A DNA stretch of 64,000 bases from Eledone cirrhosa. Its lineage: Eukaryota. Positions 29,245 to 41,484 of the stretch are shown here, in pieces (position 1 is the stretch's first letter; each line of letters opens with the position of its first letter). The position numbers and the translations under genes are program-made. The stretch lies in the NCBI GenBank assembly GCA_964016885.1, contig OZ024740.1, forward strand, positions 80,662,001 through 80,726,000, written 5' to 3'. The notes beneath the pieces were generated by a model. The model saw nothing but the letters and a program-made list of their open reading frames with translations. It searched no databases and was not told the origin of the DNA.

Positions 29245-30005
29245 AATTCTGTTATTAATTCTGGCAATATTACGCAAATATGACCCTCCCCAAATATAAC
29301 AATATCTGTTTCGACACACGATTTCATATAAAAAACCTCGCAAAACTAATTCATCGCCGCTATATATATATATATAAAGAAAAAGAGATGAAATCGAAAA
29401 TGCAACTGAAGTCTTATTTTTTAAAAAAATATATATATTTATTTGGTTCCTTTACCGGTTTCGCAGTTCTTCTGCTTTTCAAAAGGTGAGTTGAGATGGA
29501 GGGTCTGTGATTTTTCTCACATCTGGTTGGTCTCTAAATGTTACTTGTTTTATATGGAAAAAGTGGCTTGAAAGCCAGGTTTTTCGAGAAGTAATTTGAT
29601 TGGTTTGTCAATAATTATAATAAATTTCGCGCCAGTTCGCGTTACAATAGTTCTTCAAATAAGAGAGAGGGGGGGGGGGGGGTTGTCACAGGTTGTTTTT
29701 TCATATATGAGTGTTTGAATTTCTTTTTACTTGAAAAAAGGAGGCTCACGAAGGCTTTTTTTTGGTTGGTTATAAATGAAATTTGGCTGTCACGTGAACA
29801 AGTTTTCATTACATTTTTGCGCCCTTATTTGGAAAACTATTCTGTAGTCTTTATAGTGAATGTTATGACAATGGAGAGATAGTGGTCAAGGGAAAAGGGA
29901 TTGGGAGAAATGTTCTGGTTCAGTGAATATGGCCAGCTGTCAGAGTTCAGGTGTCAGAGTTCAGATTTTCTATTGAGACTGAAGATATGTGTTTATTTGT
30001 GTGCT

Positions 30006-30036
<31 letters not shown>

Positions 30037-30520
30037 ATGTGTGTATTGGAAGATGATTCTATTAGTAGAGATGGGGGAGGCAGTTGTGTGTGTGTGTATA
30101 TGGGTGTTATGTGTGTGTGTGCGAGTATGTTAAGATGGAGAGAATATATATTTTGTGTGTGTGTATATATATATGTGTGTAGGAAAGTGGTTCTATTAGT
30201 AGAAATGGGGAGGGAGTTGTAGGTGTGGGGGTTGTTATGTGTGTGTATGGGTGTTATGTGTGTGGGAGTATGGTTAGCATGTTAAGATGAAGAGAATATA
30301 TATATATATTGTGTGTGTGTGTATGTGTGTGTGTAGGAAAGTGATTCCTTTAGTAGGAATATTTTTGAATGAACATATTTTCCTGACTTTTTCGTGTTTG
30401 ATGTTGTATTGCCAGTGCAAACGTATGTTAAGGTTTATTTAGTTCGGGTTTTTATTTTCTAAAGTAGAAGGTGTTATGTGTATGTGTGTATGTCATATTG
30501 TGGTGTTGACATAATGTATA

Positions 30521-32825
30521 TTAAACCTTATTTAATGTTGGTCTATATTTTTGAATAAACATATTTTCCTTATTTATTCGCATTTGTTCTGTTGTATTGT
30601 TAGTGCAAAGGTAAAATGGGAAGACTTGGAATTTGGGTGTCTTATTACTTGCGCAAATGTCTAGATATGCACTTAGTGGTATATGTCTCGTGGTTGGATC
30701 TCGTAATTGTTGGCGATGAACTGTCATTCTGTTTCTGAGTGTGAGTTTAGTTTGTCCTATATAATCTTCATTGCATCCTTTACATTTAATGGCATAAAGC
30801 AGATTTTTTGATGAGCAAGTGAAGTGATTTTTTACAGTAAAATTTTGTCCTGATTTAAATGTATACGTGTTGCCTTCAATGAGGTGAGTGCAGGTTCCAC
30901 AATTAGAGCGACCACATTTTTTGATACTTGGTTGTGGGTTTGTGGTAGGTAATTTGGCATTGGTGAGTAATGTTTTCAGTGATTTTGGTTGTCTTTTGCT
31001 TTTGATTATTTTGTGTGTTTCAAGGGCTTTTTTCATTCTTGGGTTTTGTTTTAGTAGTGGGATGTTATTGTGAATAGTGTTGTAAGCTTCCGCATTTCTT
31101 GGGTTGTGTGTTGAGATATATGATAGAATATTGGACGTACCTTGAATTTGTTTCTGTTTCCGTAATTCATCAATGCCTATTGCTTTAGCCCTTTCTATTC
31201 CATTATTTATTAGTAATAGTGGGTACTCTCTCTCAAGTAGAATTTCCTTTAATTCTTGAAGTCTTTTATTTCGCGTTTCATAATTGGAGACAATTGTGCA
31301 AATTCTTCTTGCTAGGTTAAAAGGAATGTTCGTCTTCGTGTGCTTTGGATGGTTGGAGGTGAATAGCAGATATTGTTTGGAATCTGTTAGTTTGTAGTGT
31401 ATGTCAGTTTCGATATTTGTGTCTTTTTTTGTGATTAAGATGTCCAGAAATCGAAGTTGATCTTGGCTGTATTCCATTGTGAATTGGATGTGGTTATTGA
31501 TGCCGTTTATTAAGTTTTTGAAATCCTTCAGTTGGTCGAGTGTGTGGGACCAAAGAATGAGGCAATCATCCAAGTAGCGTTTCCAATTCTCTGATAAATA
31601 TTTGTGGAAGTTCAATCCGTATTTTGATTTGGACTGTTCATATATCTGGACTTCTAAGTATGCCATGACTAAGTTGGCATAAGTTGGAGCGGATTTTGTG
31701 CCCATCGCAGTTCCCGATATTTGCTTGTAAGTATTGCCATCGAAATCAAAAAAGTTGTTCTGTAGGATGAATTTTAATCCCTAGGTGATGAAGCTTTTTT
31801 CTATTCTGTCAGGTATCTCATTGGGATATTTCTCTAGCCAGAATCCTATTGCTTCTAGTCCGTATTGGTGTGGGATCGTTGTGTAGAGATTCACTAAATC
31901 GAAAGACACAATAATAGTGTCGTTGTTGACATGTTTGGGGAGGTGGTTTAAGAGGTCCAGATCGTCTCTTACAAGGCTTGGTATGTGTTTCAGTATTGGT
32001 TTCAGTAGTATGTCTATAAAGTTGCTCAATCTGTGTGTTTCACATTGTGGGCCCGCTACAATTGGTCTTAATTTAAGGTCTGTGGGGTATTGTGTGTTCA
32101 CGCAGGCTGAGGTGGATTGTTTACAGGCATCGTTGATTATTTTACATTTGTGGATCTTCGGAAGTCCGTAAAGGTTGCTGGTTTGGTATTCAAAATTTGT
32201 TAAATAATCGCGTTCCTTTTTAGTTAGGTCTTCCTGGTATCGATAAATCAGTGTGTTTAATTTGGTCATTATTTTTGATTGCTGGTAGTTTTTTACTCTT
32301 TCATAGTAATTAGTATTTTGTAAGAGAGAGAACATAGAATTTTTATATTTTTCAGCCTCCATAATGACAACTACCTCCCTTGTCCGCTTCCTTAATTACA
32401 ATGTCCGTATTGTTTTTTAGTTCATGGATAATCTCCCATTCCCTTCGACTTGTGTTGGGTTTGGGTTTAGGTTGCGGTAGTTCATGGTATGGGAAGGTAG
32501 CTATGTGGTCACAAAATTTGTCCAGAACTCTGTTTCTACCTTTTGTTGGGTTGTAGCTGCTTTTATTCCGTACAATTGATTCGTCGTTATTCTCCTTGTC
32601 AAAGAATTCCTCTGTGAGACGTAATTTTCTACAGAAGTGTGAGATATCGTCATTTATCTCGTTGGGGTTAGGATATTGTGGTGTTGGTGTGAATTTCAGA
32701 CCTTTGGAGAGAATTTTTACTTGTTGGGCTGAGAGGTTTGTATTTGAAATGTTAATTATTTTCGGTTTTTCAAAATCGGTTTGTGCCACCGGGTGTCGTG
32801 AGTCCTGTAGCCTTGGTCTAAAAAA
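30521..32825 (-). pseudogene. PLE RT + GIY-YIG ORF2 (one frameshift near 32370, one stop at 31781)
   Basis: LSKGLKFTPTP, KEADKG, LYGLPKIHK, LRPIVAG, FDLVNLYT, MGTKSAPTYANL, RYLDD, CGRSNCGTC, LLYAIKC...YIGQT. Confidence 0.95.
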
Positions 32826-33959
32826 TGATTTTTCTGGAATGCTTTTTCATTGGTATTATTATATCTAATGGTATTTCCCCTGTTGTTGTGTGGTCTTGTA
32901 TAGAAGTTTCGGACGTATTGAGGTTCGGTTTGTTGATAGTCCGGGTTGTAGATTTGGTTCCTTTGTGTGGGTTGAGATCTATGGTTTTGGAACAGGCTCT
33001 GTGTGGGCAGGGGTCTACGGTTTTGGAATAGGTTTTGTGTGGGTTGTGATCTGCGGATCAGGTCCTGCCTTGTGTTCGGGGATCTTTGGTTTTTCTTAGT
33101 AGGGTTATAGTTTTGTGTATGGTTTCTGGGATTATCGTTATAGTTTTGCTGGGGGTATGTTGGACGTTTTGTTACTTTTTTTGTTATTTGTTGTGCATGT
33201 GGTGTGTGAGTTTTAGTTTGTTTTAAAAATGGGTTACCTGTATGTTGTTCATTTTTGAAGTCCATTTCGTAGTTGTTGAACCAGGTGGCGTTTTTTTCCC
33301 ATCGCTGGAGGGATGTGAGTTCTTTATCCTCACAGTTTTCTTTCCAAAGTTTTAGGTTTTTTTTTGTAGAGTAGGCCTTCAGAGTGCTTTGAGATTTCTG
33401 TGTCCATCTGTTGGTCGAGTGACTTGAATTTTTCTTCGTTGGAGTTGGCTCTTAATCGCAACAGTTCTATTTCTGTTTTAAATTTTTCCAATGCCATCTT
33501 TTCCCTAAGTCTTTGTTGGTTTTCTGGTTCATTCGGGATGGGTTTTATTTGGAGTTTTTTTGGGGGGATGATTGGGGTAGAGTTTAGCCACTTTTCATAT
33601 ATGTCTGCCTTGCCATTATTTTTTAGGAGATTCCAAAGGGCGAATTTGCGGGCTGTGAGCTTTTGAGTCCATATGTTGATTAGGGTGTTTCTCACTGAGT
33701 GGACATCTCGTAGATTGGGTTCTAACGGTTGTTCAAGCTTTTGGAGCATTGTTGTTTCAATGGTTTCGATTAGCTTAGTTAATACTGGAGTAATATTCGT
33801 CTCTTGGGTATTTTCTGTTTCTTCGTGGGGTCCTTTTTTATAGATGTGTATTTGGTCCACTTTGTTGGTCAAAATTGAGAGTTTAGAGGAAATCTCTTTG
33901 AGTTCATTTAAGATGTCCTGGTTCAGTGAGTTGTTGTTTTGTTGGGACTTTGGTGGCAT
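32756..33959 (-). pseudogene. PLE upstream ORF1 (~400 aa), one frameshift in an A-run near 33360
   Basis: ORFs 33330-33959 and 32756-33265; copy A reads through this A-run in frame. Confidence 0.85.
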
Positions 33960-34351
33960 TTTCGGTCTTCGTGTGGTGGGTATATATTAGAAAGTGAGGT
34001 TTTTTTTACAAAATGAAAAATAACCGAGGTGTCCTACACGAGTTGAAGTATAAAGAAAAAGAGATGAAATCGAAAATGCAACTGAAGTCTTATTTAAAAA
34101 AAATATATATATATTTATTTGGTTCCTTTACCGGTTTCGCAGTTCTTCTGCTTTTCAAAAGGTGTGTTGAGATGGAGGGTCTGTGGTTTTTCTCACATCT
34201 GGTTGGTCTCTAAATGTTACTTGTTTTATATGGAAAAAGTGGCTCGAAAGCCAGGTTTTTCGAGAAGTAATTTGATTGGTTTGTCAATAACTATAATAAA
34301 TTTCGCGCCAGTTCGCGTTACAATAGTTCTTCAAATAAGAGAGGGGGGGGG

Positions 34352-34443
<92 letters not shown>

Positions 34444-34503
34444 TGTGTGTGTGTGTATACAATGATATTAAATAAATGGAAACTATATTTATAAGACCAT
34501 ATT

Positions 34504-34752
34504 TATTCTATTATATGTGGATTGGCAGTATCGGTAGAGGGTCAGACGCCATGCTTTGCAGCACAGTTACGTCCCTTTACGAACTGAGTTCAAATCCCGC
34601 TGAGGTTAACTTTGCCTTTCATCCTTACCGTGTCGATAAAATAAAGTACCAGTAATGTACTGTGTAATTGCTGGCCTTGTGCCAAAAGTAGAAACAATTA
34701 TATGTATTTCAAGGGTACCAAAAAATTTGGTACGCTATCATCAGATAAAATA
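34504..34752 (-). ncRNA. hammerhead ribozyme split by a SINE
   Basis: Reconstructed: TATTTTAT-CTGATGA-TAGC GTACCAAA TT TTTGGTAC CCTT-GAAAT ACAT ATA^ATAGAATA. Confidence 0.75.
34519..34698 (+). mobile_element. SINE family 1 inserted into a hammerhead motif
   Basis: TSD ATTATATGT at 34510-34518 and 34697-34705. Confidence 0.88.
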
Positions 34753-36335
34753 CGAAGTGTGTTTTATAAATTTTGACATTACCGAGGAGAATAAACCTTA
34801 ACAGTTCAAGTTTTCCTTGGATGGTGAAAGGAAAAGAGAAGAAAAGTCAGATATTTCAAATTATTATTATGAGTATGCAAATGAGGTTTATGTAAAAGGG
34901 CTGAAAAAACCCCCGTTATTTTAGACGCTATGGAACATTTAAATAATTATGATAAGTTATTGTATGCGTAGGAAAGAACAGAAAGGAAGAAGAGCTAGAA
35001 TTTACGTTAATTTTGGGAAAAATATTTATTTACCTATATTATGAGTTATAATATTGTATATATAATCAATTAGATTATATGAAGAATTAAGTATTTTTAT
35101 CTTATTACATTACGATTGGTTATATGTATATAAATATCTCTATATATATTAATAAATTGCGTATATATTAGTTGTTTATATATCAAATATGAGTTACGAA
35201 GAATGTTGATTTTGTATTTTACTTAAAAAATAGGTGGTTCAAGTTGTGAGAGTAGAACAATTTGTGGATTCAAAAATTTTGTTCAACATTGAACATGTTT
35301 TCAGAATATTGTTAATTTAGCGAAGCTATACAGTTTATCAAACGTAAAATGTGTGTTTGCACGATTGAGAAAGGAAAGATAACTCCAATTTTGTTTGTTA
35401 ATCATTAAATTAGAGAAAATTATATATTATTTTGTGTGAGATCCGTTATTTTAGTCGAAAGATGTGTGAATGTTTGAATAAAAAAAGAGAGTGGAAAAAT
35501 GTAAAGAAGATAAATATTCAGAATGTGATTTAAAGATTATCAATCTACATCTAAAAATATCTTTATATGGGTGTCCTTACAAAAATAATGTAGGAATTAA
35601 AAATAATGTCAGAATTAAAATAATTTAGGAAATTAAAATATTAAATATATATATTAAAAATATTATAAATATTAGAGGTATTAAAAAATGTTTGAAATAT
35701 TAAAAACATTAAAAAAATATTTAAAAATATAAAAAATATTAAAAATATTAAAAATATTAAAAATATTAAAAAATTTAAATTTAAATAAAAAAAAAAGTAG
35801 GATCATTTTGAAGGTGTATGGGTATATTATAAATTAAAACAACAATAACTAGTAAACGTAACAGTAGAATCAAATCAAACTGCTCTTTACAAAATAATTG
35901 TTTAGACAAAAACATAGTTTGTAAATGCACAGTTAAAACTAGCGACAAAATATTTAACTATGTTGGTGCCACTTCAACAAGATTTAAAGAACGCTGGAAT
36001 AACCATAATCAGAGATCTGATAAAAATCTTCTCCTTCACTTTCACATCTAATCTGTGATTAAAAAGACAACAATATAGACTATTCAATATCTTGGAGAAC
36101 GATATCGTAAGCACCTGCATACCGAATGCGACTTTATCAAGATTCTGTAAATTGTGCATCGAAGAAATTTTTAATATAATTAACTGTCAAAACTCTATTA
36201 ATGTCAGAACAGAATTATTTTCTTCTTGCAATCATCGCCAAAATTCCACTTACAGAACTCTTTTTAATTTTTAATAGTCATATACACCTTCAAAATGATC
36301 CTACTTTATTTTTAGATTTAAAAATTTAAAATAAA
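34700..36335. mobile_element. Naiad-like PLE remnant with inverted structure
   Basis: Plus strand 35850-36270 encodes CSLQNNCLDKNIV...YVGATSTRFKERWNNH...CKLCIEE...CNH. 35765-35820 is inverted relative to 36280-36330, and the minus arm runs on to the HHR. Confidence 0.8.
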
Positions 36336-36355
36336 TTAAATATATATATATATAT

Positions 36356-36765
36356 ATTGTTATACTTGGGGAGGGTCATATTTGTGTAATATTGCCAGAA
36401 TTAATAACAGAACACACTCACTGTTTGGTTGGTTTTCGCTTCTCGCTGTCTTTTATGTCTGCAATCTAACTTACTCGGTCGTCAATGTTGCCATTGACTG
36501 ACCGACGGTCAAAAATAATACAGATACAATATAGACACAAACACATATATATAGTTTACATGTAAACTATATACATGTGTTTGTGTCTATATTGTATCTG
36601 TATTATTTTTGACCGTCGGTCAGTCAATGGCAACATTGAGGACCGAGTAAGCTAGATTGCAGATATAAAAGACAGTGAGAAGCGAAAACCAACCAAACAG
36701 TGAGTGTGTTCTGTTATTTATTCTGGCAATATTACACAAATATGACCCTCCCCAAGTATAACAAT
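36356..36765. repeat. ~410-bp spacerless palindrome of the 28455 repeat family
   Basis: Centre TATAGTTTACA|TGTAAACTATA at 36560/36561; arms nearly identical. Confidence 0.92.
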
Positions 36766-37374
36766 ATTTGTTTCGACACACAATTTCATATAAAAAACCT
36801 CGCTAAACTATATATATATATATATATATATATATGTAAATGAATAGATATAAACGTGCCGACACACACACATACATAAACGCACACATGCATTGCACAC
36901 TGATGGGCACATACATATTTGTACACAAGTATTACGATACGGCAAGGCCTAATGGATTCCCCTTGCAGTACGTACAATCTGGACACTCACACACACCTTG
37001 GTATTATGCCAATACTATATATCAATTCACACCTTTTATTATTAAGGTTTTTGATGTTCTATTGAGAGAATCGTTTTTACTGAAAATATCGAATAATGTA
37101 CACCATTTTTACCAGTATCACAAAAATACTGGTCCACCCACCCACACACACACACATTCTCACACACACACATATATACACACACACATATATATACACA
37201 CACACACATACACATGCGTACATTAACATACAAAGAGACATAAACATACACACACACATACACACTTCTCCGTATAAGACATGAGCTGAAAAATATCTTT
37301 TAACATGTTAAAATATCCCCCACACACGTACAGACACATTCCTATTGACCATCCCTCTACCACAAATTACTCTG

Positions 37375-37409
<35 letters not shown>

Positions 37410-37507
37410 TCTTAATAGGCATTTGAACTGTCAACAGGCTGTGGTCCGCACACACATCCCTACTGACCATTATCACAACAACGAACCTCTTTACTACTAC
37501 TACTACT

Positions 37508-37539
<32 letters not shown>

Positions 37540-37589
37540 ACACACACACACACACATACACACACACACACACACATATTTGTTTTGAA

Positions 37590-37900
37590 AGACTTATTTT
37601 TCAGTGACTTCTCAATCAGGCGACGCAAACCTACATTTGGCGCAAAATCAATTTTTAACATTCACATGACCTCTACCGACCAATCAAAATTGTTTGACAA
37701 AAAGAATTTTTGCAACACGAATTGGCGCGAAACTTATTTTATTACATCTGGAGCCACTTTTTTCACATAAAACAGGTAGAATTTCCAAAACTAATCAGAT
37801 TAGAGCAAACATCACGGGCGCTCTATCTCAAAATTATTTTTGAAAAACATTAGAAATGCGCAACCGGTAAAACGTAAAACCAAAACTGAATACTAACCAA
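37590..37900 (+). repeat. diverged relative of the two-ORF PLE terminal repeat
   Basis: CCAATCAAA, TGGCGCGAAA, GAGCCACTTTTT and AACCGGTAAA occur in the order of the reverse-complemented 34049-34352. Confidence 0.6.
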
Positions 37901-38005
37901 TACTATTACTAATTTCTACTTATTCCTAATTAAACTATTTTTCACTGGGAACAATTTTTCAGCATTTTTTTTTCCGTTTACCAATATATATATATATATA
38001 TATAT

Positions 38006-38379
38006 ATGTAAGTATGTATACGTACATACATATATGTATATAGACGTACAGCAGTATGCATATACATACATGCACACATTATGCCATACAGTGTGTTCGG
38101 CAACCATCGTTGCCATTTTGTTCAACACTGACAAAGGAACGACGAACTAGTTTCGAGCTTCTTAGCTGTCATCAGCACTGTATACCTTCCTGTCAGATGA
38201 TTGAACGCTTGAAAGTATATACTTTCCTTATGCATATTAACGGCTGAGCAGCTTAATTTGCATATCGAGTGAGTTAATCGGCCGGGCGCACCGAAAACGA
38301 TAAATGGAAAAAATGAAATTTTATTTCTCACTCAGTACGGCTGATACTTAAATGTAAGTATGTATACGTACAGACATAT
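38006..38379 (-). mobile_element. second retrozyme-like non-coding HHR unit (period 346)
   Basis: 28-bp direct repeats 38006-38033 and 38352-38379; HHR at 38142-38178 (GTG-CTGATGA-CAGCT AAGA AGCTC-GAAAC TA GTT^CGT); motifs shared with 3545-4174. Confidence 0.65.
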
Positions 38380-39181
38380 TATTATTATTTCAATTTCATC
38401 AGGGGTAAGATCGGAGTTATTTTGGGCAAATATAAGCGCTTTATCTAGGGTGGCTGGGGATATGGACGCGTAGTAGTCGTTTATGTCGAATTGTATGAAG
38501 TTACATGTTTCTCTATTTCCTATTTTACGGAACCATTCAATCGTCTCGTTAGCGTTACCCCATAAACTGATTTCTAGTTTTCCCTTTATTTGTGCGATTA
38601 CGCTATCTAGAATATTCTTGCTAATTTTACCTATATCCGACTTAGATGGGCATATTAATCTGATACTAGGATTTGGTTTAAATTTATTTTTGTGATCCTT
38701 AAGGTTAAATGTTTGGTTGTATGGTGTTAGAGAGTCGGTTCTATCGAATATTCCGAGTTTATTTACTATCCCAAGACCCTCCTTGTTAATGCTGGTGAGT
38801 GTGGATTCATTTGTTTTTTTTATATTTTTGGGGTAATTCACGCTGAATGCAATTATTGTATGTGTTAAGGTCCATAGAATATACGTTTGATGTTTTGTCT
38901 GCCTTTACTATGATACCGTTGGTGGCTTTTAGTTTTCTTAGTAGTGTATTGATGTCATTTTGTAATTTGTTGTGGTGTGTTCTTTTTTTGAATTTAGTTC
39001 CACTTATCATATTCATAAGGTCCAGCTCGAAGGCATCGAACGTGCGGTTGTTTGGAGGGTTTTTGCACGATTTGAATCCGTAAATCTCCATAGAAAATTC
39101 TCTTGTGTTGATAGCTGGTTCTTTGTCGAACTGGTACGCCTTCCATCGGACTCTACGGATGAAATCATTAGTCAATTTCAT
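38380..39181 (-). mobile_element. Naiad-like PLE internal RT fragment
   Basis: NDFIRRVRWKAYQF, KADKTSNVY and FIQFDINDYY; paralogous to 5739-7358. Confidence 0.92.
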
Positions 39182-39391
39182 ACATCTGCTTCGTATCAGT
39201 TCGTTTTACATGCTAAAGTCATCAGTATATTCTATGTCTTACTTAGATTGATGTTGTGATTATTTTAACTATTTACGGTCTAGCTAATTTATTCAAGTAT
39301 TGTTGGTATTGTTAGTATTATTATTATTGTTCTGATTTAGTGCCACTACTATATATAGAAGCCATGCCTATGTATTTCTGTCATTCTCGCA

Positions 39392-39467
39392 TGCTCTGAT
39401 GAATTGACTGGTTATAACAAAGTATTGGTGATCGATTGACGCAAAAGCAGAGAAACAATTGTAAGCA
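39392..39467 (+). ncRNA. hammerhead with long stem II in an inverted pLTR
   Basis: TGCT-CTGATGA-[49 nt]-GAAAC AATT GTA^AGCA, with AATAAA at 39473. Confidence 0.78.
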
Positions 39468-39689
39468 ATGTGAATAAAGCCCTTATTGTATCGCAAACTA
39501 TGTCACTCTTCTATGGAAACGTGTTGTTGAGTCAAATTTAGCCAAGCCTTAATACTATCCACTACTCGGAGTACCCTAACTGGACTACATCTAAGTGGAC
39601 TACCTATAACAATAATTTGTTATCCCGTATATGAATATATATATATATATATTTCGTTTCTGAATTTGTTTAGCAAGATTCTTTATCTG

Positions 39690-39905
39690 AAATCGTGTGT
39701 TGAAACCGATATTGTTATACTTTGGGATGGTCATGTTGCCAATAAGAAACACACTATCTGGTTGTGGAACCAACCAACCAACCAGAAATTTATAAGTTTG
39801 TAGATTTGTAAATTTATAAATTTATAAATATATAATAAATTGAAGTGAAAGCAACTGGTGCGTGTGTTTCTTATTGGCAACATGACCCTCCCAAAGTATA
39901 ACAGT
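39690..39905. repeat. inverted-repeat relative of the 28455 family
   Basis: 39712-39756 pairs with 39862-39905. Confidence 0.7.
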
Positions 39906-40226
39906 ATATATATATATATATATATATTAGATGTTTATTAAGGAAAGATGAGATACAAAAAACCACTAATAAGCAGGGGAATGATTGAAACAACCTAGCA
40001 CAGCAATTTTGATTAGATTTGATATTCCTATTCAAACAGATTTTCTAATAAAATAGTGTTTTTATCAACGCTTGGCTACTTCATAGCCTCTATTCAGGAC
40101 GTAGCGAACAGCTTATAAATGATAGACACAGTTTATTTCCTAACGGGAAAACGATACAAACTCGTTACGAAGTATTTAATTTGGTTGCATATTTACTTAA
40201 AATAAACTATATATCTGCCTGTTTGT

Positions 40227-40293
<67 letters not shown>

Positions 40294-40509
40294 GACGGGG
40301 AGATATTTGTATGCACGGCTATGTCTGCCCAAATCCAGTTATCAACGATACGGAGTCATGCGGAGGCATGCACAAGATTTCGTATTTATGATTATATATA
40401 TAAAAATAAAATTAGAATTTTATTTCTCGCCTAGCACAGCTAATACATAAATGTAAGTATACATACGTACACACATATATATACATATACACACACACAT
40501 ATATACATA

Positions 40510-41322
40510 TGCACATGTACAGAGGAGCCACGGAGAAATATATAACCATCATAGAGATGGACATGAAAATGATTTGCTCAATGTACAGGAGCAAATCATG
40601 GGATAGCATAGATATGACTAAACATAAGATAGGGAAAGCCACTTCATGGTACGACAACCAGATACACCAGAGTGTCATGTTCATGGATGCAACCCCCTGG
40701 AAGTGAATTAGCTGACCAATTTAGAAAAGCCCTAAGAAAGATGCATTTAAAGATTAAATTGTTAGAAAAGCCAGGAACTATCATAAAATCCCTAATCAAG
40801 AAAGCTTACCTTTTTAAGAAAACCAACTGTACTAATGAGAAATGTGTTATATCTAGAATAAATCCACAAATAAATTGTAAAAATAGAAATGTAGTCTATA
40901 ACATAAGATGTATAGAGGGTACTTGCAGAAATATGACAACGACATACATAGGTGAGACAGCTCGAAGCATAGGAGAAAGAATAGACCAACACTGGAGGGA
41001 ACTAAAAGGACAAAAAAAACCGTTCAGTACAATATGAACACGCCAGACGAAGACATGATGGTAATATAGACAACATTGAAATTAAAATAATATCTAAACA
41101 TAGAAATGACTCAACAGGTAGACAAATGAGAGAAGAAACTGAAATAGAACTAAGAAAACCAAAGTTGAACAGAAAAAAATGAATGGAATAACAACAACCA
41201 TACACAGACACAGAATAAGTGATCAAAGATAGAATACAAACACACAGATTCAGACACGAACACACACCAAATAGAAAACACATCCACAAACGGATGCGCA
41301 AACTCATGCCCGGAGACAAGAA

Positions 41323-41373
<51 letters not shown>

Positions 41374-41470
41374 ATCAATAAATAAAAAAAATAGAATAGA
41401 CATTACAATACACTGGTAATAGTACCAGTGATGATGTCACAGGTGTGTGATGAAAACATTTGATAGACTA
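40510..41470 (+). mobile_element. PLE 3' fragment (thumb, GIY-YIG, 3' UTR, damaged HHR at 41424-41465)
   Basis: SVMFMDATP, CKNRNVVYNIRC...YIGETARSIGER; GTGATGA-T GTCACA GGTG TGTGAT-GAAA. Confidence 0.88.
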
Positions 41471-41484
41471 TATATGTTTATATC

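Larger units (their letters stand above)
29372..34352 (-). mobile_element. two-ORF Penelope-like element, copy B (near intact) with ~300-bp direct terminal repeats
   Basis: 29372-29680 matches 34049-34352; contains ORF1 and the RT-GIY-YIG ORF2. Confidence 0.95.

Noticed and set aside
29612-29662. Possible HHR (TTGAAGA...GAAA) in the two-ORF PLE terminal repeat
   Set aside because: Stems I and II do not pair consistently between copies, and the core is absent in copy A.
33222-33232. Second slippery-like heptamer U_UUA_AAA in ORF1 (PFLK)
   Set aside because: The -1 frame stops within 4 codons and no clear downstream structure is visible.
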